From Octopus sinensis (lineage: Eukaryota), in NCBI RefSeq assembly GCF_006345805.1, contig NC_043003.1, positions 23,994,001 through 24,058,000 on the forward strand: 64,000 nucleotides of DNA. Reading direction: 5' to 3'. Positions 1 through 12,611 of the stretch are shown one piece after another. The position numbers were made by a program, and so were the translations under genes. Within the stretch, counting starts at the first letter, position 1, and the number at the start of each line of letters is the position of its first letter. The notes under the pieces are model-generated. The model was not told the DNA's origin. It was given only the letters and a program-made list of their open reading frames with translations, and did no database searches.

Positions 1-129
1 AAGAATCAGAGGGAGTGAGATAGTGGGAAATACCAGAAAGCTTTTGTGGACAATAGCAGGATGAAAATAAATGAATAATTAAATTGATAAAATATATGTT
101 CGGCCTAAGGGAGTGTTTGGTAAAGAGTA

Positions 130-1020
130 TATTAGGGAGATATATGGCGTGTCCGGTGTCTGAGTCTGAATTTTTCTCCCACGTATTGAAGATATGAAGA
201 TTTCCAAATCAGCATTCTAATACAAGCTTGGCGTGCTTGCTGCAAGTTTATAAGGTTCATATCGCTTTTTTCTTTTGTGAAGAGCTAATATTCTTTGACA
301 GTATTCTCACGCGGTTTTGATTTTTCGGCGATCTTTCTTGCTCATGTTAAATGTCCTAATTTGATTTTCTTGCTACACGTAGATTAAGAATATTGTCGTA
401 TTGTATTTTCCCACATTTCTAAATAAGTTAGTCAAATTAAGGAATCTTTGCTTCAAAATTGCTATTGTCAAGCCGATATATTGATCTTTACATTTGGCAG
501 CACAATTTATGACGTCGTTGTAACACAAACCATTTAGCCACTCTAACGTAAGGTCCTACAAGAACAATGCAACCTCACTTATAGTTGTAGGTTGTATGAA
601 ACAGTTTCTTTCATGTTATGACAGCAGCGTTTGTTGAATAGTTGTATGCATCTACAGAATATTTTCTTTCGTGCGTGATCTAACGGATAATGTATATTAA
701 ATGTAGCTAGTTGTTAACAATGTTATGCCTAACACCGCGTAACAAGGCAGACTAAAAGACATTCCTTTCACGCACTTAGTTCATCTGATGGTGTCGTAGG
801 AGGGGTCGTAAGGGATACTTTATTTGAGTCTATTGGTTTGAAGATCATTGTAGTAGTAAGTGGTTGCTTCTGTAAGATCTCTTTGCGGGAAACCATATCA
901 AATATTCTTCTGCTTAAACCTTTCACAAAATTCTTGAACATGTGGTCAGGTGAAGGGCCACGTGTTAATGTTTGTGAGATTATCATTTTCTTTATGTTTC
1001 CTAAAAGGCTTTAAAGAAAT
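130..1020 (-). mobile_element. Decayed Penelope-like element (Neptune-like) ORF C-terminus: RT thumb, linker and GIY-YIG endonuclease
   Basis: Manual minus-strand translation across frameshifts gives KPFRKHKENDNLTNIN, HMFKNFVKGLSRRIFDMVSRKEIL (the 768-986 ORF), YDPSYD, HYPLDHARKKIF, CCHNMKET and KDQYIGLTIAILKQRFLNLTNLFR. These match PLE motifs in the correct order (PYRKPND..YIN, WYNPPY, HFP..H.L.KIFN, YIGLT...FK.R). Confidence 0.6.
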
Positions 1021-1105
1021 CTGTGCTAATATTTAATGTAACGTTCGAAAATTTTCTATTGTAACTTTCAGGTCACGGGAAGTGATCGTTTCTATAAAGC
1101 CCCCT

Positions 1106-1140
<35 letters not shown>

Positions 1141-1309
1141 TTTTTTGGTGGGGAACCAAACAATATAATGTATGTCCAATACCGTTTCTTGGGAAGTTGC
1201 TAGGCGACGTCACTATACTTTTGCTGTCGAATTTCCATCAATCAAGTTTAATTTCAAAACATTTTGATGGACCGATTCTACAACGTTACGTGCTGCGAAA
1301 TGGAACCGA

Positions 1310-1470
1310 GAATGGTGGTGTGTTTACGTTCCTGTAACTTAGCGGTTTGTCAAAAGAGATCGATAAAATAACTCCCAGGGTCAAGCTGTTCGACTAAAAC
1401 TCTTCGAGATGATGCCGCTTCATGGCCGCAGTCATATGTCTGAAATAAATAAAAGACAAAAGATAAAAGT
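1310..1470 (+). mobile_element. SINE family A, diverged 3' tail fragment
   Basis: ggtgtgtttacgttcctgtaacttagcggttt...catggccgcagtc matches the tail of the full copies at 21668 and 29930. Confidence 0.65.
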
Positions 1471-1529
1471 TTTTTATATTTTGCATAAAACTTTAGAATT
1501 AGAAACTATACAGACCACCGAACTGGATG

Positions 1530-1740
1530 GCACTGCATAATACCAAAGATACCGTCCCCTTCATCTCAGGTAAGGCCCCAGTATTGCAACAGCTTGGGTT
1601 TCAAGGGACCAAAACTGTTTAACATGCTTCCAAGGAATCTAAGAGATCTGCAAGGTGTAGATGTAGAAACGTTCAGAAAGCACCTGAGATCCCAGATGAG
1701 TCCACGTCGCGGAAGGAGGCATAAAGAAAGGCAGCTTCGT
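1530..1740 (+). mobile_element. CR1-like LINE 3' ORF2 relic
   Basis: Plus-strand translation GFKGPKLFNMLPRNLRDLQGVDVETFRKHL..IPDE resembles the CR1/L2-group C-terminus. Confidence 0.5.
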
Positions 1741-2339
1741 CCAACTAGCTTCTTCACCAAAAAACGGTGAGAAATTAGACACCAAAACACAGAAATGCTG
1801 TGCTCCAGCATGACGCCAGCATTTGACTCGAACCAGTAAGTAAATAAAAGAATAAAGAATAACTACGAAAATTTTGTTACCGATTGCAAAAGTGAACTTA
1901 ACAAATTTTTTAATACAGTTGTTCTCAAGCGAAGACTTCTGCATATAAACGCCATTTTTATTACACGAAGATATAACCAGGTACAGGAAGTTTTACGGCT
2001 TTGAACACTGACATTATTTTCCATTATTGAGAAAATATTAAAGGTGCAGAGAACATTTTATTGCAAATTATAGGAATTTTATCCAATTTGCAATCATTTT
2101 GTACTGTATAGTACTTTTCATATGTCAGATATATATCTGGTGTACATTTGACAAAGTGTGTGTATATGTAAGACCATATTTTTTCTCCCGAACGTATGGA
2201 TTACTTTACGCATCACTTTCCCTCTTCAAAACTCTCTCATGGCCACCTTCATCATTTTTATATAGCTATATTCTTTTATCTATTGACTTGACATATTTGC
2301 GAAAACCGAAAGTGTGCGCTAGGTCGTATAGCAAAATGG

Positions 2340-2478
2340 TTAACTCTTCCTTCGTTTGGCGACTTTGCCTTTCATTTTTTCGGGGTCGATAAATTAAGTA
2401 CCAGTGAAAAACAGGGGTCGATGTAATCGACTTATCCCCTCCCGAAACATGGCTGCCCTTGTGGCAAAATTTGAACCT
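2340..2478 (+). mobile_element. SINE family B, partial copy
   Basis: gactttgcctttcat..ggggtcgataaattaagtacc core is shared with the arrays at 23455 and 30485; followed by (ATT)n. Confidence 0.75.
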
Positions 2479-3000
2479 ATTATTATTATTATTATTCCTT
2501 CGTAGCACAGTGTAGTTTTCAATTATCTGCACCGGAGTCTTCAATTATCTGTCAAGTCACCACAAGGACCTCAGACAGATAATACTTTCCTTAAGAAGTG
2601 CGCTGTGCCCAATAAGGCAGCTTTTTGCAAGACATCAATCTTGAATGGAATTTCCAGTTGCTTGAAGTCTTGAAGTTTCAATGGCATTGAGCCCAAAGCT
2701 CCGATCACCACTGGTGTCACTTTTACATTATCCTCTTGCATTCCATATAGTCTTGTCATTTCTACTTTCAATTCAGAGTACTTGGTGATTTTTTCAACCT
2801 CTTTACTCACAATATTCATATCAATTGTTATGGCTTCATCTATGATCTGACAGTATTTATCTCTCTTACTCAATATAACAATATCCGGCCGACGGTGTTC
2901 GATTACGACCCGTCTGAAAATCAGAGTCCCAGAGTATCATTACTTTTCAATCCTCCTGCATAACTTGGTGCATGCTCATACCAGTTCTCTGTTACTTCAT
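2479..3000 (-). mobile_element. R4/Dong-clade non-LTR retrotransposon, 5'-truncated 3' end with REL endonuclease and (AAT)n tail
   Basis: ENWYEH..ILWD..RRPDIVILSKRDKYCQIID..EKITKYSEL..PVVIGALG..LQKAALLGTAHFLRKVL, then a short 3' UTR and (AAT)n at 2479-2496. Confidence 0.85.
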
Positions 3001-3261
3001 ATTGGTATTTACGGCATAAGAGCCAATGAAGATACACACAGAGTTTATTGTGGCGGCATTCATGTGCATTCGTATTTGTGTTCGTTTGGCTCTCACATCC
3101 AAGATATATGAGGGTCGTATTTTCTACACTCTTTCCACTGAGTCTGCATTTCTAGGTGTCAGAAGTTTTATAGATGTTATACTTCACTGAATTGGCAGCG
3201 AGAGCCTGGTCTTGTGTAGCAATGATCAGGCTTTCGGTGGCAGGTTTCGAAATTTCCCCAA

Positions 3262-3307
3262 GACACTTGATGAAGGCTGGAGGTCATATCAGCCGAAACG
3301 TTGTGTT
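3262..3307 (+). ncRNA. Penelope-type hammerhead ribozyme motif, family H1, with C3U core change
   Basis: GACAC-TTGATGA-A-GGCTG(gaggtcatat)CAGCC-GAAA-CG-TT-GTGTT. Stem I is GACAC/GTGTT and stem III is the ACGT palindrome. Confidence 0.55.
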
Positions 3308-4300
3308 AACAACAAACAAGATTAGGACAAATATCCGTCAAATGTAAATAATGTAAATAATGAACATTATTCCTCATCTCCTAAATATAGAACTGTATAC
3401 TGAGATTTAGACAGTCTATGTAATTCATGAACCTCTTAACCAGCGGCAATGTACAGTTTCTTTCTTTGAACCCATAGCAATGGATCTAACTACTGTGTTA
3501 CCTATACACGCTTAAGCAGCTGCATTTTATAAAAGCTAGTATTCTTTCCAAATATTCAGAAGCGTTCATTTACACTAAGGCTTTTGTCGTACGCTGCTGC
3601 AACATTAAGAATAACTGGCTCTTAATTGCATATGTTCTTGAGATGCTCTCTTGAAATCAAATGTTATATGTGTGATAGATTAAGTAAATATAATATTTAG
3701 ACTTAAATGAAAATTACATATTCCAGTAATTGTCAGCATTATTGCTAATACTCAAGCACTTCTACATTGAAATGAGCAAGTACTTGACAAGCAGAATTAG
3801 AAAACCATACTGCAGGATTCAATTAAAATACTGTACAGGGAAGGTGAAGTATATGTTCCGGTGACTCAGACGAGGTAAGAATTTTGCCACAATGATGTTA
3901 TCTGGTGTTGGTGTTTGTGCTTACAACATGACAACGAGTATGTTTCGAAATCGGGAGGAATCTTACAATTAAAACTTCCCATTTGATTTCAAATCTTTAA
4001 CATCAGCTAACATCATGTGCCTTCCTTTGAACTTTCACACCGAAAACCTCCTCCTCCCAAATATACTTACTTGTTAAATGCCTATCATATAGCCGTGTGT
4101 CGTCATAGTTTCGGTATATTCCTTACATTACCCTGTAGTTCGTATGAAACAATTATTACCCATTAACGAAATCTTTCATTATGTAAATGCATTCTGTATT
4201 TATTTCAACTCAATCAATTCAACAACATAACTATATATCTAATATAGTTATTTGATATCTATCATTTATGTATCTAATCTTATTTCTAAAACATTTCAAA

Positions 4301-4845
4301 TTGGGTTGACCGGAAAGTTCGCGCCGATTTTTAAAGGAAAAATAAAGGCCAATAAATACTTGCCATTACATTTTTAATCATCCAAATATGAATCATTTTG
4401 TTGCACAATGCATTTCCATTTTTCCTTTAACTTGAAAACACCCTCTTCCAAGAACTGAAGTGGTTCCGTGGCAAAGTATCTTATTGTGTCATCCAAGGAA
4501 GTGAAATTTTTACCATTAAGACTATTCTGCAGAGACCTGAATAAGTGGAGATTCGAAGAAGCAATACCTGGTGAATATGGAGGGTGGGGTAACACATCCC
4601 AGCCGAACTGCAGCAATTTTTATCTGGTTCCCAAAGCATCAAGTGCCGAAGATGAATTTTTTTATCTTCCATTTTAAAGGGTTACAGAATTAACACAGTT
4701 AACAACCTTCTTGCACAAAAACATAGCTTAAACTGTGCTCTAAATGGAGGTGTAGTCAAATCCTCTGTTATGGACTCAACCATGTTGTAAAATAAGTCGA
4801 AAATTAAGCTACTATAAATCGGCATGAACTTTCCGGACAACCCAA
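4301..4845 (-). mobile_element. Internally deleted mariner transposon with both TIRs
   Basis: TIRs ttgggttgaccggaaagttcgcgccgattt / aaatcggcatgaactttccggacaacccaa-TA. The transposase N-terminus (MEDKKIHLRHLML) is fused to the C-terminus (WDVLPHPPYSP..HLFRSLQNSL). Confidence 0.9.
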
Positions 4846-5307
4846 TATTTAATTACGTTTTAATATCTTGCGTCAACTAACTACTCATACTGATCCAGAC
4901 TACCTTAAACTTCTAAATGAATTATAATATAGTAATTTAATTTATTTGAAATTTTTCATATCCGGTCATGATATAATTTTTTTTTCTTTTAAACAAATCT
5001 AGAGGTGCTTACCACTATAGTCTTTTGATTGTAGTGTTGGTACAATTTCTCCTGCTTAGAAGAATTGTGCTGTATCATATCAAACTTTACGCGTGAATAA
5101 CGTGAGATGTTATGATTTACAGGTGATTTACTGCACTCATCTTTATTTATGATGGACTTAGATCCGTCTACTAAGTGATTAAACGTAAAGCACACAATTA
5201 AATCTTTATGAACTGGATATCAAATTAAAGTCACACATACATAAATACCATATTGCACCTGCATATTCATATACGCATCTTTAATGATATGATATATGTG
5301 TGTGTGA

Positions 5308-5560
5308 AAGCACGTGGCCTAGTGGTTAGGCTGTTGCACTAACGATCGCTTATTCGTGGGTTTGATTCCCAGACCGGGCGGTGCGTGGTGTCCTTCGTCA
5401 AACACCTTATTTCACGTTGTTTTAGTCTCCTTTCGATGAAATGGGGTGTTGACTTTCTCGCCTAGCCAGTGGGGTGGCGTCAATTCATGGCTAAAACATT
5501 GCAATGTGATCAGCGATGTGTAACAGCTTCCGATAGTCTGGTCGGTCAGGTAATCACATA
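5308..5560 (+). mobile_element. tRNA-headed SINE family D
   Basis: A-box tggcctagtgg and B-box ggtttgattccc; tail gatagtctggtcggtca also occurs inverted at 9063-9190 and about 34990. Confidence 0.7.
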
Positions 5561-5611
5561 TATACATATATATAAATATATATGAGCATATATGGATATA
5601 TTTGTGAGTGC

Positions 5612-5648
<37 letters not shown>

Positions 5649-6063
5649 TATATGAGTGTGTACATGGAGCTTTTGCCCTTAACGAAGATTGCTCGTTTAC
5701 TTACTCAACTACAAGTTGGGTAAGTAAACGCAATACGGCCAATAAGGTCGCTACGATATATACCAGACGTAAATTAAATCTCTGTGTTTTATTAAGTCGA
5801 CTAAACTCTTGAAGGTACTTACACTGCATGTCTGGAGACTAATATCAGGTTGAGTTCAAAAATCAAACCGATGCTGAAAGTGCGTTGGAAGAGTTCATCA
5901 GCTCCAGAACTCCAGATTTTTATGTTACCGGAATAAACAAACTTGTAACTCGTTGGTAAAAATGTATTGATTGTAACAGTATTTACTTTGATGAATAAAA
6001 TTTCCACGTTTTTGAAATATATTGTGATGAATTTCATGTTACAAACCGTTGCTTACTTCTTAC

Positions 6064-6552
6064 TCAGCCTTGATAGTTAAGCATTAATGGCAGACGATGT
6101 TTATATTTGTGTGTGCATATGTGTACACATAAAATGAGATACACACACGTACACACACATATGTGCGCGTGTGTCCGTGCGACTTTGTAAACGCGCGTGC
6201 GTAAGCGTATATTTGTGTGTCCTTGTCTACGCACAGATATGCACGCATATATACATAAACATACATATAGATGCATATATGCATGTATATATATCTCTAT
6301 ATATGTATGTATCTATTTATCTCTATAATTATATGTAAATATATATATATGTGTGTGTGAGTGTAGATATACACATGTAAATATATATGTATGTATGTAT
6401 AAATATATGCATGTATACCTGTGCACTTGTATGTAAATGCATATATATATTTGCATTATATATATATATAGATATATATCTGTGTGTGTATACATGCGTG
6501 TCTGTGTGTAAAAAGATATATGCATATATAATATATATATATATACACACAC

Positions 6553-6593
<41 letters not shown>

Positions 6594-6770
6594 TATATAT
6601 ATGTATGTATGTGTGTATGTATGTATGTATGTATGTATATATGTACGCATGTATGCACGCATGTATGTATGTATGTATGTATGTATGTATGTATGTATGT
6701 ATGTATGTATGTACGCATGTATGTATGTATGTATGCATGTATGTATGTATATATGTAAGTACTGAAGCGA
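6064..6770. repeat. Compound microsatellite (TA, CA, TATG)
   Basis: Visible directly; source of several YIHT/MYVC ORFs. Confidence 0.95.
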
Positions 6771-7099
6771 CACAAACATCAAATAGCCACGAGTAATATG
6801 GAATATGACATCTCTGTTTTTGTTTTCGCTTTTTACTCTTCCGCTATCCGAGAATCTTGATTGCCGCCAGGACATCATGACGTTTAAGCTGGAAGCTTTA
6901 CGTCTAATCAGAGCTGGTCAAACAGAAATGACTTAATTAAACACAGATAACACACAATCGCGCCATAGATTAATTATATTTATACCCTGTTTAATACACA
7001 GACCGTTAATGCACTTTGAATGTTTTATCGTCTCAATGGAAGTGGGTATCTACTTCAAACGATATTAGCTCCGCCGACCGGATAACGATAACAACAATA

Positions 7100-7163
7100 A
7101 ATTATTTTTATCATTATTGTTATTATTATATTATTATTATTATTATTATATTATTATTATTAA

Positions 7164-7249
<86 letters not shown>

Positions 7250-7380
7250 TATTATTATTATTAATTATTATTATTATTATTATTGTTGTTGTTGTTGTTG
7301 TTGTTATTATTATTATGTTGTTGTTGTTGCTGTTGTTCATTATTATTAATGTTAATATTAATATTATTCTCGTCGTCTCT
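7100..7380. repeat. (TAT)n/(TGT)n trinucleotide tract
   Basis: Visible directly. Confidence 0.95.
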
Positions 7381-7611
7381 TATAATAAATCAATGATGAT
7401 AAAATAATAATTGAAATTATCTTTACTTCTTTCTTTACAACGAAAATGAGGGTGGAACTACTACTACTGCTTCTATTACTGCTGCTGCTGTTGCTGCTGG
7501 TACTACTGCCAAAACCACAACCGCCAATACCACCACCACCACCACCGCAACAACAACAATAACTACTACTACTACTACTACTACTAATTCTATATTACTA
7601 ATTCTTCCTTC

Positions 7612-7815
7612 TAAAGCACTGGGCCCGAAATTTGAGAAAGGACGTTAGTCGATTACATCGACCTCAATATTCGACTGGTACTTATTTTATCATCCACGAA
7701 AGGATCAAATGCAAAGTGGACCTCGGCAGGATTTGAACTCAGGACGTAAAGAACGGACGAAATACCGCTAAGCATTTTGTCTGACGTGCTAACGACTCTG
7801 CCAGCTGCCGCCCAA
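7612..7815 (-). mobile_element. SINE family B monomer
   Basis: Reverse complement of the ggcggcagctggcaga..gttagcacg..gagttcaaat core. Confidence 0.8.
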
Positions 7816-7829
7816 GTAAGAAAAAATAC

Positions 7830-7865
<36 letters not shown>

Positions 7866-8613
7866 GAGGAGGAGGAGGAGGAGGAGGAGAATGAAGAGGA
7901 AGAGAGGAGGTGGGTGGAGAAACAGCTTCAAATTTTGGCATAAGACCAATAATTACGTCCCAGAGCTCAACTGGTGCTTATATCGAATAATGAGATCAAC
8001 GTAATTAACTAAGCAATTATTTTATTTTTGTTGGGGTTCTTTTTTCTCTCATTCGTGTCTCTTTGTATTTCCTTGTTTGTGTTTGTGTGATTAATATTAT
8101 AAATAATATTTCGGTGTGGTTATAAAATGTGGAGAAGCTAAAGATGATTTAGCAGTGCTTTGACTCTGATCGGCTGAAGATGCACCCGTATACATCTATA
8201 GTTATATCATATAAATATAATATTCCTTATAATACATGAAATTTTCAGCAATTAATGACTGGTAGTGATGTGTTGAAACAATTATAGTGATTGTAAATAT
8301 GTATGTTCGAGCCATCTTCTCGTATTAACATTTTTTCCATTATAATCTACAGATATTTGCGGATTTCCAAATGCATAATGAGTAACAAGAGACGTCCCAC
8401 CGTTGGTTAACCATGTTGGTTAATGTGTTGATTAGTTGATAAACTAATGTGTATCCATTAGATCCATTAGATTATAACTCAATAAATATTTGATATCTTA
8501 CGATATTCTATATAATGTATTCGTTGAAAATTATCTCTTCAAAAATTGATATATTAAACCAGTGTATCTTGGATAAATATCCCTAAAAGAGGTTTGAATA
8601 TCCTTTTTATTAC

Positions 8614-8651
<38 letters not shown>

Positions 8652-8851
8652 ATATGTATGTGTGTATGTATGCATGTATGTATATATGTATGCATGTATG
8701 TATGTATCTATATATATATATTTGAGTGAAAGACGGGATGGACGCTTCGTTTTTGTGCTGGTGCCCCACTCTGTCGTACGCGACTGTGAGGATTTGCATC
8801 CCCAACGTAGAATCTATGATGTAATACATGTCCTTGAAGTAGTAATTGTGC

Positions 8852-8927
8852 GCGGCTGAAGAAGGCCATAGACACATTATGCATTGTTATAAATCCGTCT
8901 AATAAAGGCCCGAAACATATGTACCGC
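8852..8927 (+). ncRNA. Penelope-type hammerhead ribozyme, family H2, core intact
   Basis: GCGG-CTGAAGA-A-GGCC...GGCC-C-GAAA-CATATG-TA-CCGC. Stem I is GCGG/CCGC and stem III is the palindrome ACATATGT; predicted GUA cleavage after 8923. Confidence 0.7.
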
Positions 8928-9034
8928 TGAATCCTTGGCATCATGTTTTTATTTTGATTAACATACTCTACCACCTACACCACCAAATGGTATATACAGG
9001 TGCTTACAATTATCAAGTATTCACCCTGAATTTT

Positions 9035-9062
<28 letters not shown>

Positions 9063-9076
<14 letters not shown>

Positions 9077-9187
9077 CGTGACCGTGACCGACCAGGCTAT
9101 CAGATGTTGCTACACATCGTTAGTCACAATGCGCTTCGCATTGTTTTAGCCTTCAAATGACGCCACTCCGCTGGCTAAGCGAGCAAG

Positions 9188-9190
<3 letters not shown>
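9063..9190 (-). mobile_element. SINE family D 3' tail
   Basis: Reverse complement of the tail of the 5308 element; flanked by (TA)n. Confidence 0.7.
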
Positions 9191-9230
<40 letters not shown>

Positions 9231-9322
9231 ATATTTTATTGTATAATATATATATATATATATATATACAATAAAATATAATACAATATAACATAGTATA
9301 ATATAAATAAGTACCAAAGATG

Positions 9323-9576
9323 TACAGGTGTCAATACATTACGGCCGTTTCAAGCGGCCTCACTTGATTGATTACTAAAAAGTTTACATCAAATTGAAAG
9401 AAATCGTTCTCGTTAGATGAAACCATACACCTCAAACATAAAGTATAAACGACGTTTTTCTTTTTTAAATTTTTTCAAACAACTGTACGGCAATAATGGA
9501 GAAACCAAATTATTTTAACAATTTCCTTGTTATATCTGTGTCTGCTTGAAACGACAATAAAGAATTCACACCTGTA
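9323..9576. mobile_element. Tc1/mariner-type MITE
   Basis: TA-CAGGTGT ... ACACCTG-TA ends, with a further imperfect inverted match (cgtttcaagc); a diverged second copy lies at about 44522-44750. Confidence 0.55.
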
Positions 9577-10024
9577 CCTCTTTGTTACCTGTTTATTTTC
9601 TGTTCACCTAACTTAGAATCTGAGCTCCCAAATACTATAGAAAGTAACTTTATAAAAAGTACATGTCTGAATTACCAAGAGCGTATGTCTTCTCTTAGCT
9701 GGGTTGCGTTGTCTACACACACAACAGGAATATCAGATACAAACACTTTTATCCAGTCTTGATATTCAATATTCATGTAATATTGCCGAGGTGTGCGGAC
9801 GATGCCGAACTAGCAAGGTGCCTCAATTTAAGTACCTAATTCAACTGAATATTTTGTATTTATGTATATATGTATGTATATATGTATGTATTACGTATGT
9901 ATGTATGTATGTATGTATGTATGTATGTATGTATGTATGTATGCATGTATGCATGCATGTATGTATGTATGCATGTATACACGCACTCACACATACTTGT
10001 CAACGTGATTATATATATATATAT

Positions 10025-10062
<38 letters not shown>

Positions 10063-10079
10063 TACGTATACTCCTACAA

Positions 10080-10609
10080 ATCCCCAAAATGAAAAATCTC
10101 ACTGCAAAAACACCTTATAGAACAGCAGACGCCAACCAAAAATTTAAAACAAACACCTCACAAGCGCAGAATTCAAATCAGAGAATGAATCAGAATTCTT
10201 AGTAAAAGAACGTGTAGATAGGAGATGTGTGACATGCAAGAATTTCAACAACTTCAAAAACTTGGAAAGTGGTTCCCACATAAATTTCAAGAGCGGATTT
10301 TTTAAAAAAATAAATATAGATATTAACTGCAAAACGCAAAACCTCATATACTGCATTACCTGCCCAAGCTAAAAAGAAAATTACATTGACGAAACAAATA
10401 ATTTCCTCTGCCAACATGCAAGAAACTACAAGCATCATATCCGACAAGAGGAATTACGCAAGATTCCATTAAGTAAGCATCTGGAAATATGCAGCGACGG
10501 AAAATTCAAAATTTTTCACCTTTACCAATGTGCACGGGATGATCCGCAATACCGAAAAGCAATGGAACTACATTTCATCAAAAGATTCTCTCCAAAACTG
10601 AATGTTTGA
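10080..10609 (+). pseudogene. Penelope-like element GIY-YIG endonuclease domain (ORF 3' end)
   Basis: Single frame: RCVTCKNF..DINCKTQNLIYCITCPS*KENYIDET..HARNYKHHIR..IPLSKHLEIC..MELHFIKRFSPKLNV*, with one internal stop in the endonuclease domain. Confidence 0.85.
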
Positions 10610-10880
10610 ATGAAAAGCGGAGACAGAATATTTTGTGTTATACTAGTATTCCCTAACACAAAATCATGAAATTGCAAGAGGCGTGATCGAATATACACAG
10701 TATTAACATGGACATGTTCCGAAACACACACACACACGCACATACGCGAGCGCACACAGACACACAAATACTTTTCATCAAGTGATTCTCCCCAAAATTG
10801 AATAATTGAAGGTAAAGGAGAGAATTTGAATTCTTTATTCCAAATGTGGCTCATCTTTAAAAATGTCTATTTATATATAT

Positions 10881-10940
<60 letters not shown>

Positions 10941-11053
10941 TGTGTCTGTGTGTGTCTGTGTCTGTGTCTTTGTGTGTGTGTAGCACGGGGATGTTTAGCT
11001 TTAGGTATATATATACTATATATATTATATATTCCTAAAGCTAGAACATCCCA

Positions 11054-11099
<46 letters not shown>

Positions 11100-11103
<4 letters not shown>

Positions 11104-11430
11104 CTGCTATGGCCTTGGACCGACCAGGGCCTTGTGGGTGGGTTTGGTGGACGGAAACTGAAAGAGGCCCGTCGTATATATGTATATATATATATATATG
11201 TGTTGTGTGTGTGTTTGTGTGTCTGTGTTTGTTCCCCCAAGATCGCTTGACAACCGATGCTGGTGTGCTTGTGTCCCCGTAACTTGGTGGTTCGGCAAAG
11301 GACACCGATAGAATAAGTACTAGGCTTACAAAGAATAGGTCCTGGGGTCGATTTGCTTGACTAAAAGGTGGTGCTCCAGCATGGCCACAGTCGGATGATT
11401 GAAATAAGCGAAAGAGTAAAAGAGTGTATG
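11100..11430 (+). mobile_element. SINE family A, 5'-truncated
   Basis: Core gacggaaactgaaagaggcccgtcg, internal microsatellite and standard tail. Confidence 0.85.
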
Positions 11431-11635
11431 TATTCATTTTATTTTATTTATTGATCGATTTTTCGAATTGTTAATTTGCAAATATCGTACTAATGTTCCT
11501 TCATGCAGAACTACATTTCATCAAAAGATTTCCTCCAACGATGAGTGTTTCGAACCGGTAACAGTACATTTTGTATTCTAAAGATAACTCAAAGTGGAGA
11601 AAAATATTTATCCATCTATCTATCTACTTATATTT

Positions 11636-11696
<61 letters not shown>

Positions 11697-11924
11697 CTCT
11701 TATGTAGACACACACACACATATATATATATACAAATATATTTATTATATATACATATATATTATATATATATATATATATACATATACAAATACATATA
11801 TACATAAATGTATATATATATTAAATTAAATTTTCACCTTATTTCCGAATTACACTACTTGGCGGTTGGAGTATGGCTGCTCTTTCTAGTGGACGAATGG
11901 CCTGTCTAGGCCATTCCTAAATTG

Positions 11925-11969
<45 letters not shown>

Positions 11970-12120
11970 AATAACAAAGGGTAAAATTAATTAATTAAGA
12001 AGTAATCAATAATTTCACCAAGTAGAATTCGGTATGAAAAAAGGACCGTTTCACGGTCCTAGGCCGTTAGGTGGAAATATTCGTTCAACTATTCTAGTAC
12101 CTTCGAATTATCGTGGAAAA

Positions 12121-12204
12121 CCATGCTGATGAAGAATATGGTTAGTAAAGTATATTTTTTTATATTCTTTATGAAAAACCTAATTCAGAAACGCGCGTCC
12201 ATGG
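12121..12204 (+). ncRNA. Penelope-type hammerhead ribozyme, family H3, core intact, GUC site
   Basis: CCATG-CTGATGA-A-GAAT(at)GG...CC(ta)ATTC-A-GAAA-CGCGCG-TC-CATGG. Stem I is CCATG/CATGG and stem III is the palindrome ACGCGCGT. Confidence 0.7.
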
Positions 12205-12386
12205 ACGACCAGATATTGATTGATTTTCGTTGCTTTACTCTCTGCCTGTGTGAATAACCTTCAAGTATTTTGGTTTCTCTGGAAGACCCTTTTTAAAGTA
12301 GAAGAAATAGCTAAGATTTTTGGCTGCTATTTCTAAACTTCGGTGTGTGGTGAAGCAATTCTTTGCTGAACCCTTTTATTAGTATA

Positions 12387-12452
<66 letters not shown>

Positions 12453-12565
12453 ATAATATATAATATATATATATATATATATACATACACACATATATAT
12501 ATATATACACATATATATATATGACCTTCTTCCACAGAGTATTTATCCACCAAATTTGTTCACAA

Positions 12566-12611
<46 letters not shown>

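Noticed and set aside
768-986. 72-aa ORF with an upstream acceptor-like site, first read as a terminal host exon
   Set aside because: It and its flanking frames match the PLE RT-thumb/linker motifs in order, so it is a transposon relic.
12035-12075. Minus-strand ACGG/CCGT-GAAA-CGGTC resembling a second HHR in the H3 module
   Set aside because: The CUGANGA core is absent; it would need a deletion to explain.
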